DNA of 64,000 bases from a virus: the IMG/VR virus record IMGVR_UViG_3300032236_001159, positions 1 through 64,000 of that record, one strand, 5' to 3'. The notes beneath the pieces were generated by a model, which saw nothing but the letters and a program-made list of their open reading frames with translations, did no database searches and was not told where the DNA came from. A program made the translations under genes and the position numbers. Positions 54,601 to 64,000 of the stretch are shown in pieces (within the stretch, counting starts at the first letter, position 1; each line of letters begins with the position of its first letter).

Positions 54601-57600
54601 GAATCATATGGATTAATTGAATAGTATTCAGATGGTGAATTGTATGGTCCATATTTGTGATTTTGAGATGCTAATCTGAATTTGATTGATTTTGATCCCA
54701 AAATACCTATGACAGTTTCTCCAGTAGAAAATGTACCACTTATCATTGAAACTTCTAAAAGTTTAGGGATAATATAATTTGACATATCAATATTATCAAA
54801 GAATGCATAAAATTGACTATTTGGTTTAAGTCTTTTTGCGATAACTTCAATATTTCTTGATCTCATATGAGTTATAATGTCTCTAGAAATTACTCTATCA
54901 CCAAGATTTGTTGTATCAAATCTTGATGTGACACCATATTGAATTCCTTGTCTAGTTTGATTTCTTGATGTGATTGTAGTTTGATTTGAAAAATTAATAA
55001 AACTATCTTTGTAAGTATTAGTTCTATCCTGACTTTGCATCATCGCACCATTTGCAGGATTGCGAGATTGATGTAAACCTGAGGTAGCAATCCAATCAGT
55101 TGAAGATGTTAAAGTTGATCCAGTTTGTTGTGTGAATAGTGCTGGCCCATTTGTTGTTTGTGAACCAGTCCAAGTTGTTTCCCAAGATCCCCAATCTATG
55201 GGCGAAAGACCAGTGTTGGTATCAACTCCCAACTGTTGAATAGCAGAATTATAAGATCCTTCAATATCAGATATTTTTTCAGTTTTTCTCGTTTCTATCC
55301 AAGTATCTGAAGAAGGACTTAGATGTATTGTCCCTATCCAATTTACAACATTGAATGGATTTACATTTTCTGTTCTTGTCGCATATGGATTTTTTACATA
55401 TTCAACATCGGAATATTTTAAACACACTACATCACCAACTCTTGTCAGATTTGGTGATCCCAAATCATTCACGAATCTTAAATCTGCGTTAACATTTGAT
55501 GTTGTTCCTATTCCAAGTACTGATTCTGAACCAATAAGAAGATCAATACTTGTCGAATATGGTTGTGGATTTAATGTTCCGGCATTTTTATCGACACTAG
55601 ATTTATATAAGCGATTTGAAATATCTCCACCATCGGAAGATTTGAAATTATCCACAAAGAAACCACATTTAAATCTATCAAGTTGAGTAGTGGAATCTCT
55701 TATTGTTAGATTTTGAGTGTCAGTTTCAAGTAAAGATAGCGAAGTGTAATACTCTATATTACTAATTCTTTTATCTAAACTAGAAATATCCTGCATTCTA
55801 TATCTTTTATGTGTTGTTAAAGATATTTTGACACTAGACGTATCAAACAAATATGCAGGCAAATAGACAGTTCCGATTTCTAAGGATGAATCCAAACTAT
55901 TAGGAACTTTTGGGGAAAGGGAAGGAACTCCTTTATTGATGATAAATGCGCCATCTTTATCCAAGAAGATTCTATCTATTCTTGGTAAATAATAATCATA
56001 AGAAAGATTAATATTTTTATTTTTAGCAAAAATATCAGTTGCAGAACCATTTGTATTTTGAAAAATTCTCGATTTAAATTCAAATGGTGATGTTGTTGTG
56101 CTATTAAATTGGGAAACTCTTGGTCTGCAATCTAAAAGATCTGTAACTCTCAATCCATCAACTGATGGGATATAATCATCATAACGATCTTTATCATATG
56201 AATTTACTCCAACGAAATCTCCATTATCGGAAGAACTAATTGTGTAATTATTAAAAATTATTCTAATTTTTCTAGTAGGAGAAGAATTATTTGGTTTTCT
56301 TATGATTCTTGAATAATCTAGATATTCCGATCTTTGTCCATCATCAAAGATAAAATTATTCTTAATATTTTTATCTCCAGGAAATACTGTTGCTATTGTT
56401 GCTTGTATTTTTGATTCTTGGAATGTGACGAGTTCTCCAATTGTAAATACGTTCTCATTCAAATAAACAATATCAATTTGATTTGTTCCAGTGGATGAAA
56501 CTAATGTTGCTACAGCTTTACTATTTTCCCCAACTACCAATTCTCCTTTTGTGGAGTTTAAAATATTAGAAGATAAATTAATAAGTTGCAAATAAGAAAG
56601 AGATGGATCTCCAGATGTGGAAGATTCGATAATTGCAACAATGTTTGATACATCGGGAATATTTAAAGAAATTTCTTTATCTTGTACTCTAGTCCCATAT
56701 ATTTGACTATATGTCAATCCATCATTGAAAGTAGTAGACCCAATACCGGATCCTTGTGATGATGATTTATCTATAATTAATGATGTGCATCTATTAAAAA
56801 TTTTCTTTTTGGTGGATGTATTAATTTTATTGAAACTCACAGTTAAAACTGCGGATCCATTTTGACTAATATTTTGTAAACTGACGGTTCTTCCAGAAAC
56901 AATTAGTTTTTGATCACTTAATGATTCTATAACTCCATTCACAAATGATAGATTATAATCTTGTTCATTGAATGGCAACAGCGTTAAACTGGTATCAGTT
57001 TCAAGCACTTGAGTTGCAGCACCATTAGAAATAGTTACATTATAACTTCTCTTAATTGTAATATTAGAATCAGTTAGAGATAAATTTGAAATATTTGATT
57101 TATTTAATTTGGAATACAATGAAACATCTGCTGTATTTAAAACATCAAGGGTTGCTTTTTTAATATCGGTATTTGTGGATGCGGATGTTGGTAATGTTCC
57201 AACACAAACACCAGAAATAGAAGGCAATGGAATAATTTGAATACTTTTTGATGATGTACTAACTTGATATACTTGATTGTATGTTGGAAGTGTGTCCCCT
57301 TGCTTAGTATATGAAATAATATCTCCAGTGTTTATGCCAACATAAAAATTCTGATCGGTGGTGGTGATTGTACTGATTCCAGCAGAAGCAGTTGAAATTG
57401 TAAATACTGTTCCTGGTTGTGAAATATATAATTGATTTGAAAGTACTGGATCAGCAGTAAAGCTTACGCCATTTCCAACTATTTGGTGAATATCGGAGAA
57501 ATTATAATCTCTAACTCCAATTATTGCCCTTACATTAGTGTTTCCGTTTATATTAATAGTTTCATTATTTACAAATGAACCAGAAACTTGATATAAAGTT

Positions 57601-59117
57601 AAAGCATTAGATGACGAAATGCTATTTACAAGATATCCACTTGCTCCACTACTATTACCCTGAATAAATGCAGGAATAGATTGCGTCAATGATGTATTCA
57701 AAGTAAGATTTGTGTAAGTCTGGATATCATATAAAGATACTTCAAATTGTGTCGTATTATCAACATAAACACTATTTTTTAATTTTAAATCATATACCCT
57801 AGCAATACCAATTTGTGTCCCAGAAGAAATCCCAGCAATTCCAGTTCTTCCATTATATAAGTTAACGTATGAAGAAGATCCAAAACCAACTGGAATTATT
57901 CCAGATACATTATTTAAATTAACTTGTCTTCCAAGATTGAATGGAATTGCTTGATTGTAATCATTATCAGTAGTTCTTGGCTTATTTAAATCAATAATAG
58001 TATTATTGATAGTTTCAACTTCATATCCTCTAACATATGCTTTTCCTGGACTTACTGATAAACAAAGCAAATCTTTTGATGTCGGATTTCCTTGCTTTGT
58101 TACTTGATTTTCAAAATATATACCATTATTTCCTATTCTATCATTTAAACATTCTTTTGCTGTAATATCGAATGGGGTTACATAATAATCCCCTGCCTCA
58201 TCATAAGTTCTTCTTGCAAGTTCATCACGAATTAAATTATAATTTGTTTCTTTTACGAATTTTTGTAACGAACCATCTTCTAATCTTAATAATTCAATAA
58301 AATTTTCATCATTGAAATCGTTAATACTTTTTTTAATCAAGGATGTGGATATTTTTAATCTATCTGCTCCCGGAGCAGCATAATTAGAAAAACCTTGAGC
58401 GTTATCAAATAAATCGGTATATTCATTTGATGCAACAACAATTTCTTCATTGACTAATAAACCAACTCTATAACTTGGTGAATTAGTATATTGATCCAAT
58501 ATAACTGTTTCTGAATTTACAGTTATAAAAAAACCACGAATAAAATATACTCCAGATACAATTTTAGCGGCAGATCCAATAGAAGTTGAATTCGAAAGAA
58601 TAGATGTTGCAAATGTAGATCCTGATCTTATTGTAGATAAAGAGTATGAAATATCTTCTAACGCAATTAAATTCTCACCATCAACAAATGTTTTTGTTGA
58701 AAAATCACTATTACCAGAACTCTGATATTTAATATAAAGAGTATAAGTATTTCTTTCTGATTCTGAACTAGTAATATAATTTTCTACTTTTGCCTTAACG
58801 CCACTTGTTTCACCTTGAATTAATTTACCCAAAAGACTCTCAATATAAAGAGAAATTGGAATACCTAAATGGACCTCATCAATTTGAACACAGGTATATT
58901 CTGGATCATATGCAATTTGGCCAGGAATAACCATTGAACCTTCTTTAAAAAGGTTTTTTCCAAATTTTTCAATTTGATTTTGTAAAATAGATTGCAGAGT
59001 TGTTAATTCTCTGGCCTGTATTGGAGTTCCAGGTTTAAATAAAACTCTTTGATAATTTTTCGAATCAGAAAAATCATCAAAATATGGAGATACATTTAAA
59101 TTAGTGTTTTGTGGCAT
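51600..59117 (-). CDS. Very large virion structural protein (2505 aa; VrlC/DUF4815-like)
   Basis: NVSPYFDDF...QARELTTLQSILQNQIE, APGADR, LARRTYDE, DPLAESF; follows gp8. Confidence 0.85.
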   Translation of the reverse strand: MPQNTNLNVSPYFDDFSDSKNYQRVLFKPGTPIQARELTTLQSILQNQIEKFGKNLFKEGSMVIPGQIAYDPEYTCVQIDEVHLGIPISLYIESLLGKLIQGETSGVKAKVENYITSSESERNTYTLYIKYQSSGNSDFSTKTFVDGENLIALEDISYSLSTIRSGSTFATSILSNSTSIGSAAKIVSGVYFIRGFFITVNSETVILDQYTNSPSYRVGLLVNEEIVVASNEYTDLFDNAQGFSNYAAPGADRLKISTSLIKKSINDFNDENFIELLRLEDGSLQKFVKETNYNLIRDELARRTYDEAGDYYVTPFDITAKECLNDRIGNNGIYFENQVTKQGNPTSKDLLCLSVSPGKAYVRGYEVETINNTIIDLNKPRTTDNDYNQAIPFNLGRQVNLNNVSGIIPVGFGSSSYVNLYNGRTGIAGISSGTQIGIARVYDLKLKNSVYVDNTTQFEVSLYDIQTYTNLTLNTSLTQSIPAFIQGNSSGASGYLVNSISSSNALTLYQVSGSFVNNETININGNTNVRAIIGVRDYNFSDIHQIVGNGVSFTADPVLSNQLYISQPGTVFTISTASAGISTITTTDQNFYVGINTGDIISYTKQGDTLPTYNQVYQVSTSSKSIQIIPLPSISGVCVGTLPTSASTNTDIKKATLDVLNTADVSLYSKLNKSNISNLSLTDSNITIKRSYNVTISNGAATQVLETDTSLTLLPFNEQDYNLSFVNGVIESLSDQKLIVSGRTVSLQNISQNGSAVLTVSFNKINTSTKKKIFNRCTSLIIDKSSSQGSGIGSTTFNDGLTYSQIYGTRVQDKEISLNIPDVSNIVAIIESSTSGDPSLSYLQLINLSSNILNSTKGELVVGENSKAVATLVSSTGTNQIDIVYLNENVFTIGELVTFQESKIQATIATVFPGDKNIKNNFIFDDGQRSEYLDYSRIIRKPNNSSPTRKIRIIFNNYTISSSDNGDFVGVNSYDKDRYDDYIPSVDGLRVTDLLDCRPRVSQFNSTTTSPFEFKSRIFQNTNGSATDIFAKNKNINLSYDYYLPRIDRIFLDKDGAFIINKGVPSLSPKVPNSLDSSLEIGTVYLPAYLFDTSSVKISLTTHKRYRMQDISSLDKRISNIEYYTSLSLLETDTQNLTIRDSTTQLDRFKCGFFVDNFKSSDGGDISNRLYKSSVDKNAGTLNPQPYSTSIDLLIGSESVLGIGTTSNVNADLRFVNDLGSPNLTRVGDVVCLKYSDVEYVKNPYATRTENVNPFNVVNWIGTIHLSPSSDTWIETRKTEKISDIEGSYNSAIQQLGVDTNTGLSPIDWGSWETTWTGSQTTNGPALFTQQTGSTLTSSTDWIATSGLHQSRNPANGAMMQSQDRTNTYKDSFINFSNQTTITSRNQTRQGIQYGVTSRFDTTNLGDRVISRDIITHMRSRNIEVIAKRLKPNSQFYAFFDNIDMSNYIIPKLLEVSMISGTFSTGETVIGILGSKSIKFRLASQNHKYGPYNSPSEYYSINPYDSSSTISSSYSSTTGLLNVDTASLELQSNSSFYGCVSNGMRLIGQTSGAIADIKNLRLISDNSGTFIGSLFIPDPTSPSTPVFTTGNKTFTLTTSSTNSTISGFAQSSAETNFSSSGTLDNVESTTLRIRNANISRDVKTDDRKTSETDTRLVASTSFINRTVTQTRWVDPLAESFEVSDPNGVYVTKCDIFFKSKSTNNLPITLQIRTMSTGLPTQTILPFAEVILDPDKVRISDDASVPTTFTFPSPVYLETANSYAVVLLSASDEYNVWISRMTETDVSTLTRPEAERIVVAQQPLLGSLFKSQNGSTWDASQLEDLKMTLYRANFVTSSASVRFYNPNLDIGNNQIAALRPNPIQMYSKSSLVGIGTSISAADQANLINGVQIFQKNNSNFSGKLRSVLGGISTGATGTLTITNPGSGYTSGSVTFQNKNLVAVSGYGQGAKANLTVIGGVAVAATVSVGGTGYAIGDVLSIASTDTGNLGKNLLITIPNTAGIITSINSLIVDNIQGKIDSTDSTKYITYNGQTGIVTMANASVTSLIDITTGLRIKVNHNNHGMYSSQNKVTLSGIEPDLSPLKLSASYSSSSTSDIPLSSSVGIFTSFENIPVGSANTGYVIIKNEIIGYTGVNTSTNSLTGIARGPIAGSYSANDLVFKYELNGVSLKRINKTHTITDSYPIDLDEYNLILDTSIDGADRTTSNVNGYPELFFSQRKSGGTYESTNPIVGFEKGPKATQNIPFSIIRPNIQTLLPQTTNISARIRTFSGTSADGTETSFVDQGFEDISLNSNNILNSTRIIASKINESNNLGNYPGAKSFTLEMVLSTGDPKVSPMIDLDRVNIITIMSRLNSPVSNYATNSSVNSLTDDPHAAIYVSKIIKLKQSADSLMVLFDAYRDASSDIRVMYRLLRDDTSSQQQGFELFPGYSNLNNNGDVIDPKDNNGLPDKLVIPSVNFNDLGSYEFTAHNLAPFNGFQIKILMSGTNQALYPKIKDLRAIATKS

Positions 59118-59123
59118 TTTCTT

Positions 59124-60707
59124 TTAGAATTCCAATACAATTTTAATATCTTCTTTTTGGCTAGAAGATCTGGGGATTGCTGATCTATTATCTATGTATA
59201 TGATCTCACCAGACCTTTTATTGTATTCTGCAGATGCAATACCTGCATTAAAGGTCATTCCTAATTGGTATGTTCTATTGTATATTGTTGTAGATACACC
59301 ACTAAATCCACTATCAATTGATAGTGGTGTTGTACCGTTCATTGAAGAACCATTTATTAGCAAACTTCCGCCAGAAGAAGGAGATGAAGTGAATTGATTT
59401 ATTTTATATCCAACACCAATTGTAGATAATCCTACTGGTTGGTAATATTTTAAAACTCCAGTAACATTATCCCAAGATGCAACAAAACCAATTGCCGTAG
59501 AACCAACACCAACAGTTTGAGTAATGACTGAATCTACAGCATAAGTAGTAGCAGTAGTTGCAGAACCAGTAAATTTGATTGCACTAAGACCACTTATTAA
59601 AGATGTATTTAAAAGTTGTGTATTGCTCCCAAGTGTCAAAGGATTTTTTATAATTCCAACTCTTGAAAAATCATTTCCCGTAATTATATCTGGATTTGAT
59701 TCTAAAGTTTCATATCTAGAATACACAAGAACACGATATGCACCAAGTTCTCTGTAAATATCATATCCATGACCACCTTTTGGCGGAATGATCACATCAA
59801 ATGTGGCAAATGAAGTCACTCCAACCCCAACATTAGTCAATGATGATGTTATTCCTGGTGCTCCTGGGTAAAATTGGATAGTTCCATATGTATATCCTTG
59901 ACCGCCATTAGTAACATAAACTTCAGAAACTTTTCCGAAAGAATCTGTTGTTACTGTAACTTTACCGCCACTACCGTCACCTAAAATGGGAATATCCGTA
60001 AATGTAGATGCAGTTGGATTATATCCAACTCCTCTTTGTGTAATTATTACTGAATTGATTTTTCCATCTATAGCATTTGATTGAGTTGATATACTTTCTC
60101 CAGAAGTTCCCCAATTCTCAGGAACTGGAATAAATTCAATAGAATCAAATTTTACAATTTCCGATGGTTTAATTGTATAAAGATATTTCCAAATATAACC
60201 ATCACCACTAGTTCCTGCAGCTCTTGGTTCTAAATCAATAAATGTCGGTTGGTCATATGATGGTCTTCCTGCTGGATTTTCTGGATTTGATCCATTTTGA
60301 ATACAAATATAAACTCTCAGATCTTCATTTATTACATAATAATTTGATTCATATAAACTTGATTGTTTAGTTACCGGAGTTAAATTGTAAATACTATAAT
60401 TATTCTTATACATTTCATAAGTAGTCCCTGCAGTCCAAGTGACTTTCCTAATCATTCTACGAACATCGTCCGTAGTAATTTGCTTCATTGCAATTATAGT
60501 ATCTTTAATATCATTTTCTTCTTTAAATCCATCTAATGGAGATGGTCCTGTCCCCCAAGAAGAAGAACCACCAGCTAATGGATTTGTTGAATTTGGTTGA
60601 CCTATAAAAGTATAATATCTATTTAAAGTTTGACCTATACCAATAAAACTTTTAACAAAAGTTTCAGCATTTAATATTCTAAATTGGTCAGATATAATAG
60701 CAGGCAT
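59124..60707 (-). CDS. gp8: Baseplate wedge subunit (gp8)
   Basis: IISDQFRILNA, DGYIWKYLY, PKGGHG, SGEIIYIDNR, QKEDIKIVLEF. Confidence 0.9.
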   Translation of the reverse strand: MPAIISDQFRILNAETFVKSFIGIGQTLNRYYTFIGQPNSTNPLAGGSSSWGTGPSPLDGFKEENDIKDTIIAMKQITTDDVRRMIRKVTWTAGTTYEMYKNNYSIYNLTPVTKQSSLYESNYYVINEDLRVYICIQNGSNPENPAGRPSYDQPTFIDLEPRAAGTSGDGYIWKYLYTIKPSEIVKFDSIEFIPVPENWGTSGESISTQSNAIDGKINSVIITQRGVGYNPTASTFTDIPILGDGSGGKVTVTTDSFGKVSEVYVTNGGQGYTYGTIQFYPGAPGITSSLTNVGVGVTSFATFDVIIPPKGGHGYDIYRELGAYRVLVYSRYETLESNPDIITGNDFSRVGIIKNPLTLGSNTQLLNTSLISGLSAIKFTGSATTATTYAVDSVITQTVGVGSTAIGFVASWDNVTGVLKYYQPVGLSTIGVGYKINQFTSSPSSGGSLLINGSSMNGTTPLSIDSGFSGVSTTIYNRTYQLGMTFNAGIASAEYNKRSGEIIYIDNRSAIPRSSSQKEDIKIVLEF

Positions 60708-60730
60708 TTTTACTGAATGTTTATGTTTAT

Positions 60731-63700
60731 TTATTTACTTTTAAATAATCCTCTAGTTCTTGTGACTTCAGGTGCAGTAGAAAGACCAATTAAACCATTA
60801 TTTACATTCAATGTAAATTGTTTTGGTGAACCGATTGCTCTATTTTGGTAATCGTATATTTTACCCCAACTATAATTTCCATAGAATCCATTTGTTATTG
60901 ATTGTGTATTTGTCACAAAATTAATTGAATTAGTCAGTCCGGGTCCAGGACTAAAACTGCAAGTTACTGTAACAATCCCAACACCAGATGATTCTACATT
61001 TTCTGCACGATAAACACCATCAATAAATGTATTAGCAGTTCCTACAACTACCCAAGGGGTAGAACTTGTAGTAATTCCAGTCAAAGCATGTCCACATTGA
61101 ACATTACTATTATAAATTACAAAATAATCTCCAACTGAAATTCCACTGGATATTACCCCATATGTATTAAGAGAAGAATACCCAATACCTAGAGTGCTAT
61201 TATCGTAATTTTCAGATTTTAATTTAAATTTAATTTTGGGAATAGTAGATCCTGTTCCAACACTGGTATCAATTCCTACAATAATTCCAAAATCACCCTT
61301 TGCTTTGATTGAAATTATTTCTTCAATTTTTGTTTTTTCTGGTTCAATTAATACTTTTGGTGCATTATTTAAATCGTAACCAAAACCGGGATTTGTTATT
61401 GTAATTGAAGTTATTATTCCAGATGTTGTATTTGAAGTTGCTGTGGCAAAATTATAAACCGAATCACAATAAATCATTGTAGCGCCAATTCCGACAGAAA
61501 TGTACCTATCTAAATCCGAAGAATAATTAATAAATTTCAATATATTTAATTGATTTGATGATCTTTGAGTCCAATTTTGAAGATCTTTGGAATAATATAA
61601 AATTCCACTGGAATCTAATAATGCATATAAATTATATAAACTATTATAATGAATATCTACGAAAGTTCTTAGAATATTTGGTGTTATAGTAGTCCAAATA
61701 TTGCCATCATAAGAAACAAATATTGTGCCATTGTTTCCAACCACTACAAATTTTGTTCCAGTCCAAATTATTTTATTTAAATTTTGCGATGTAACATTAT
61801 TGGAACTCCAGAAAGTTCCAATTCCAGAAGTAACAATTGTTCCATTATTTCCAACAGCAACAATAATATTACCAAATGCAATTGAATTTAAATTTTCTGA
61901 AGTATTTGAAGAAATTTTGACAAATGAAGTACTACCTACACCAATGGCAGAGAAAATTGCGCCAGAATAACCAACAGAAAACCATTTATCCAAAGTTTGA
62001 GAATATTTAATATCAGATAAAGATGATATATATGTACTCGCAGATCTAGTTATAATTCCAAATACAGAAGTTTCTTCGTACTTATCAATTTCACTCCAAG
62101 AAGATATTGTAGTCCCAAATCCAACTGCAGATACAATTTTTCCATATTGTCCAACAGCGATATACTTATTTGTGGAACCAATACCAATAGAATTAAATGT
62201 TATTGTTTTTGCATATCCAATATTAGTTAATGATTGTAATGATTTAGCATCAGTCGTAATAGCAACAACTCCAAAACTTCCAACTGCCACAATTGGATTT
62301 GAAACAACTACTGATAACAATGATGCAGTAGTAGATAATCCACTAGATATAGTCCAATTTAAAATTGGATCTTTATTTTGAACTGAAACCGTAGATATTG
62401 AAACTTTAGGTGAAACAGTATAAGCATATCCTATACCACCATCTGATATAATAATAGAAGAAATTGTACTGGATACTGAAACAACTGCTTTTGATATTGA
62501 TGTTGTTGTGTCTTTATTTTCAATTATCAATATATTTCTATCTGATTCCGAAAGATTATCCACATCAGTAAATAAAGGATAAGCATTATTTACATATATT
62601 GAAGTATCAGTGGAATTTACTTGATTAATAATTCTAGTTGTTGGTCTAATTGTTGATATTAAACTTGGTCTTGCCTTTGATACTAAAGAACCTTTGATAA
62701 TTCTATCTTGAGTTTGCTTTGACCACTTTAAAGGTCTAAACTTACTGGGATCTGTATTGATACCGATACTATCATAATTGTAAGTATCAAGTTGATCAGA
62801 AGATACTATTTGCTTAACTACTCTTTCAAATTGCTCTCTATCCAAATTATCGTAAATATTCTCTCCAATTGTAATCGTATCTCCCTCTTTGATAGTTTTT
62901 GGTGGAGTAATTGTTTGTACATCAAGTGAAGAACCCCTATAGAATATGACAGAACATTTTGAATTTGCTTTTGGTGCTTCATTAAATACAATTCTAGTTC
63001 CTGTAAATGTATATGAATAATTTGGAGATTGAAGTATATCGTTCAAATAAACAAATAAATTATTTTTAAGATCCAAATCGGAACCGGGCAGTTTCTTTAA
63101 ATCCACTATCTCTATAGTTCCGTCAAGTTTGGTTTGAGTTAAAGTAAATTTCTTACGAGAATTATTAAAATATTGAGAAAAATCATCAAAGAAAATAAAT
63201 TGACCTGGATAAAATCCACTAAATTTATCATTTAAAACTTCTGTTACTGTAATTTTAAACTCATTAAATGATGATCCAGCATTTGGATTTGTTGTTAAAC
63301 CTACTACTTTAAGTATGTCTCCAACTTTATATCCAGTTCCAGGACTATCTAAATTGAATTGGATGACACTAGAACCAGATCCAACTTGAACAGAAACCTT
63401 TGCATTAATTCCAGATCCAGTTGAACCATTAGTATAAGCAATTCCAAGATTACTATAACCAAGAGGAAGATCAATATTTACATAAATTGGGGATGATGAC
63501 GTGTATCCAATGCCACCATTAACAATAGTAAAATTGGATATAGTTCCACCAACACCAATAGTTGGAATTATAGAAGCACCAAAACCTACAGTAGATGCAA
63601 TACTGACACTTGGGGGGGTTCTATAACCGCTTCCAGCACCTTTTATGGCAATTGCGTTTATAGTTCCCCCAACAGAAACAGATGCTGTTGCAGATGCACC

Positions 63701-64000
63701 TAGAAGTGGCTGATACCCATATCCAGTAGTGATTGCAACATTAACGATTTTTCCAGCATTTGGAACTCCAGATAAAAATTTAATTGTATTAGTTCCGGGA
63801 GTGTCGATTGAATAGTCTACTCCTGGGACTTGAAATACATTGTTTATAAGAATAATTGGATTGTTATTAATATCAGTACTGTCATTCGTATTTGTGTAAA
63901 GACCAACAACAGAATTTCCATTAGATTTTAATGCAAATTGAGTTGCAGCAATTCCAGTGAAATCTGTTGAGATATCATCTAAAATTAAATTAACATCATT
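60731..64000 (-). CDS. Large baseplate protein (gp7-like wedge initiator), partial; extends off the right edge
   Basis: Hand translation shows the frame stays open upstream of 63106 to at least about 63840 and apparently to the edge; GxGY repeats, YSWG C-terminal motif; upstream of gp8. Confidence 0.75.
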   Translation of the reverse strand, partial: NDVNLILDDISTDFTGIAATQFALKSNGNSVVGLYTNTNDSTDINNNPIILINNVFQVPGVDYSIDTPGTNTIKFLSGVPNAGKIVNVAITTGYGYQPLLGASATASVSVGGTINAIAIKGAGSGYRTPPSVSIASTVGFGASIIPTIGVGGTISNFTIVNGGIGYTSSSPIYVNIDLPLGYSNLGIAYTNGSTGSGINAKVSVQVGSGSSVIQFNLDSPGTGYKVGDILKVVGLTTNPNAGSSFNEFKITVTEVLNDKFSGFYPGQFIFFDDFSQYFNNSRKKFTLTQTKLDGTIEIVDLKKLPGSDLDLKNNLFVYLNDILQSPNYSYTFTGTRIVFNEAPKANSKCSVIFYRGSSLDVQTITPPKTIKEGDTITIGENIYDNLDREQFERVVKQIVSSDQLDTYNYDSIGINTDPSKFRPLKWSKQTQDRIIKGSLVSKARPSLISTIRPTTRIINQVNSTDTSIYVNNAYPLFTDVDNLSESDRNILIIENKDTTTSISKAVVSVSSTISSIIISDGGIGYAYTVSPKVSISTVSVQNKDPILNWTISSGLSTTASLLSVVVSNPIVAVGSFGVVAITTDAKSLQSLTNIGYAKTITFNSIGIGSTNKYIAVGQYGKIVSAVGFGTTISSWSEIDKYEETSVFGIITRSASTYISSLSDIKYSQTLDKWFSVGYSGAIFSAIGVGSTSFVKISSNTSENLNSIAFGNIIVAVGNNGTIVTSGIGTFWSSNNVTSQNLNKIIWTGTKFVVVGNNGTIFVSYDGNIWTTITPNILRTFVDIHYNSLYNLYALLDSSGILYYSKDLQNWTQRSSNQLNILKFINYSSDLDRYISVGIGATMIYCDSVYNFATATSNTTSGIITSITITNPGFGYDLNNAPKVLIEPEKTKIEEIISIKAKGDFGIIVGIDTSVGTGSTIPKIKFKLKSENYDNSTLGIGYSSLNTYGVISSGISVGDYFVIYNSNVQCGHALTGITTSSTPWVVVGTANTFIDGVYRAENVESSGVGIVTVTCSFSPGPGLTNSINFVTNTQSITNGFYGNYSWGKIYDYQNRAIGSPKQFTLNVNNGLIGLSTAPEVTRTRGLFKSK

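Noticed and set aside
60731-63106. 791-aa ORF as a complete gene
   Set aside because: The frame remains open upstream; this is the C-terminal part of a larger gene truncated by the window edge
1-64000. Alternative genetic code, tRNA genes, and the many other short plus-strand or nested ORFs
   Set aside because: Core genes are full-length under the standard code with dense packing. No cloverleaf was seen in the short intergenic gaps (by eye only). The nested ORFs lie within well-supported genes and lack recognisable motifs.

Overview
This 64 kb AT-rich window comes from a T4-like myovirus, most likely a cyanophage (Kyanoviridae-like gene order and content; the host is inferred, and no photosynthesis genes lie in the window). 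Essentially all genes are on the minus strand. Read from the right end they are: baseplate and large structural genes (gp7-like partial, gp8, a 2505-aa protein), neck, tail and packaging genes (gp13-gp19), head genes (gp20-gp23), gp3, uvsY, uvsW, gp55, gp47, gp46, gp45/44/62, dam, regA, hsp20, gp43, uvsX, a 2OG-Fe(II) oxygenase, gp41, mazG, a block of virion or hypothetical genes, gp61, nrdA and a partial nrdB. The most striking feature is a fractured gp46 (Rad50/SbcC-like ATPase). It is split exactly at its Walker A motif (GSGK|ST) by an atypically split intein (32-aa IntN, 124-aa IntC), with a free-standing Vsr/EDxHD-like endonuclease gene between the two halves. Second, four genes begin with a T4 capsid-targeting-sequence-like N-terminus (MK-[ST]-[FW]-x-[EQ]-[FI]...E); one of them is a 53-aa ORF missing from the ORF track and overlapping the hsp20 3' end. 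Some of these look like protease-processed polyproteins, which suggests a set of packaged, injected cargo proteins. Also noted: a LAGLIDADG endonuclease with a hairpin-embedded late promoter next to a GC-recoded dam 5' end, three Sm-like paralogs, a candidate hsp20 RNA thermometer, an antisense sigma70 promoter back-to-back with the gp55 promoter, and a possible NblA-like peptide. I saw no tRNA, rRNA or CRISPR array. All family assignments are from motif recognition, not database searches.
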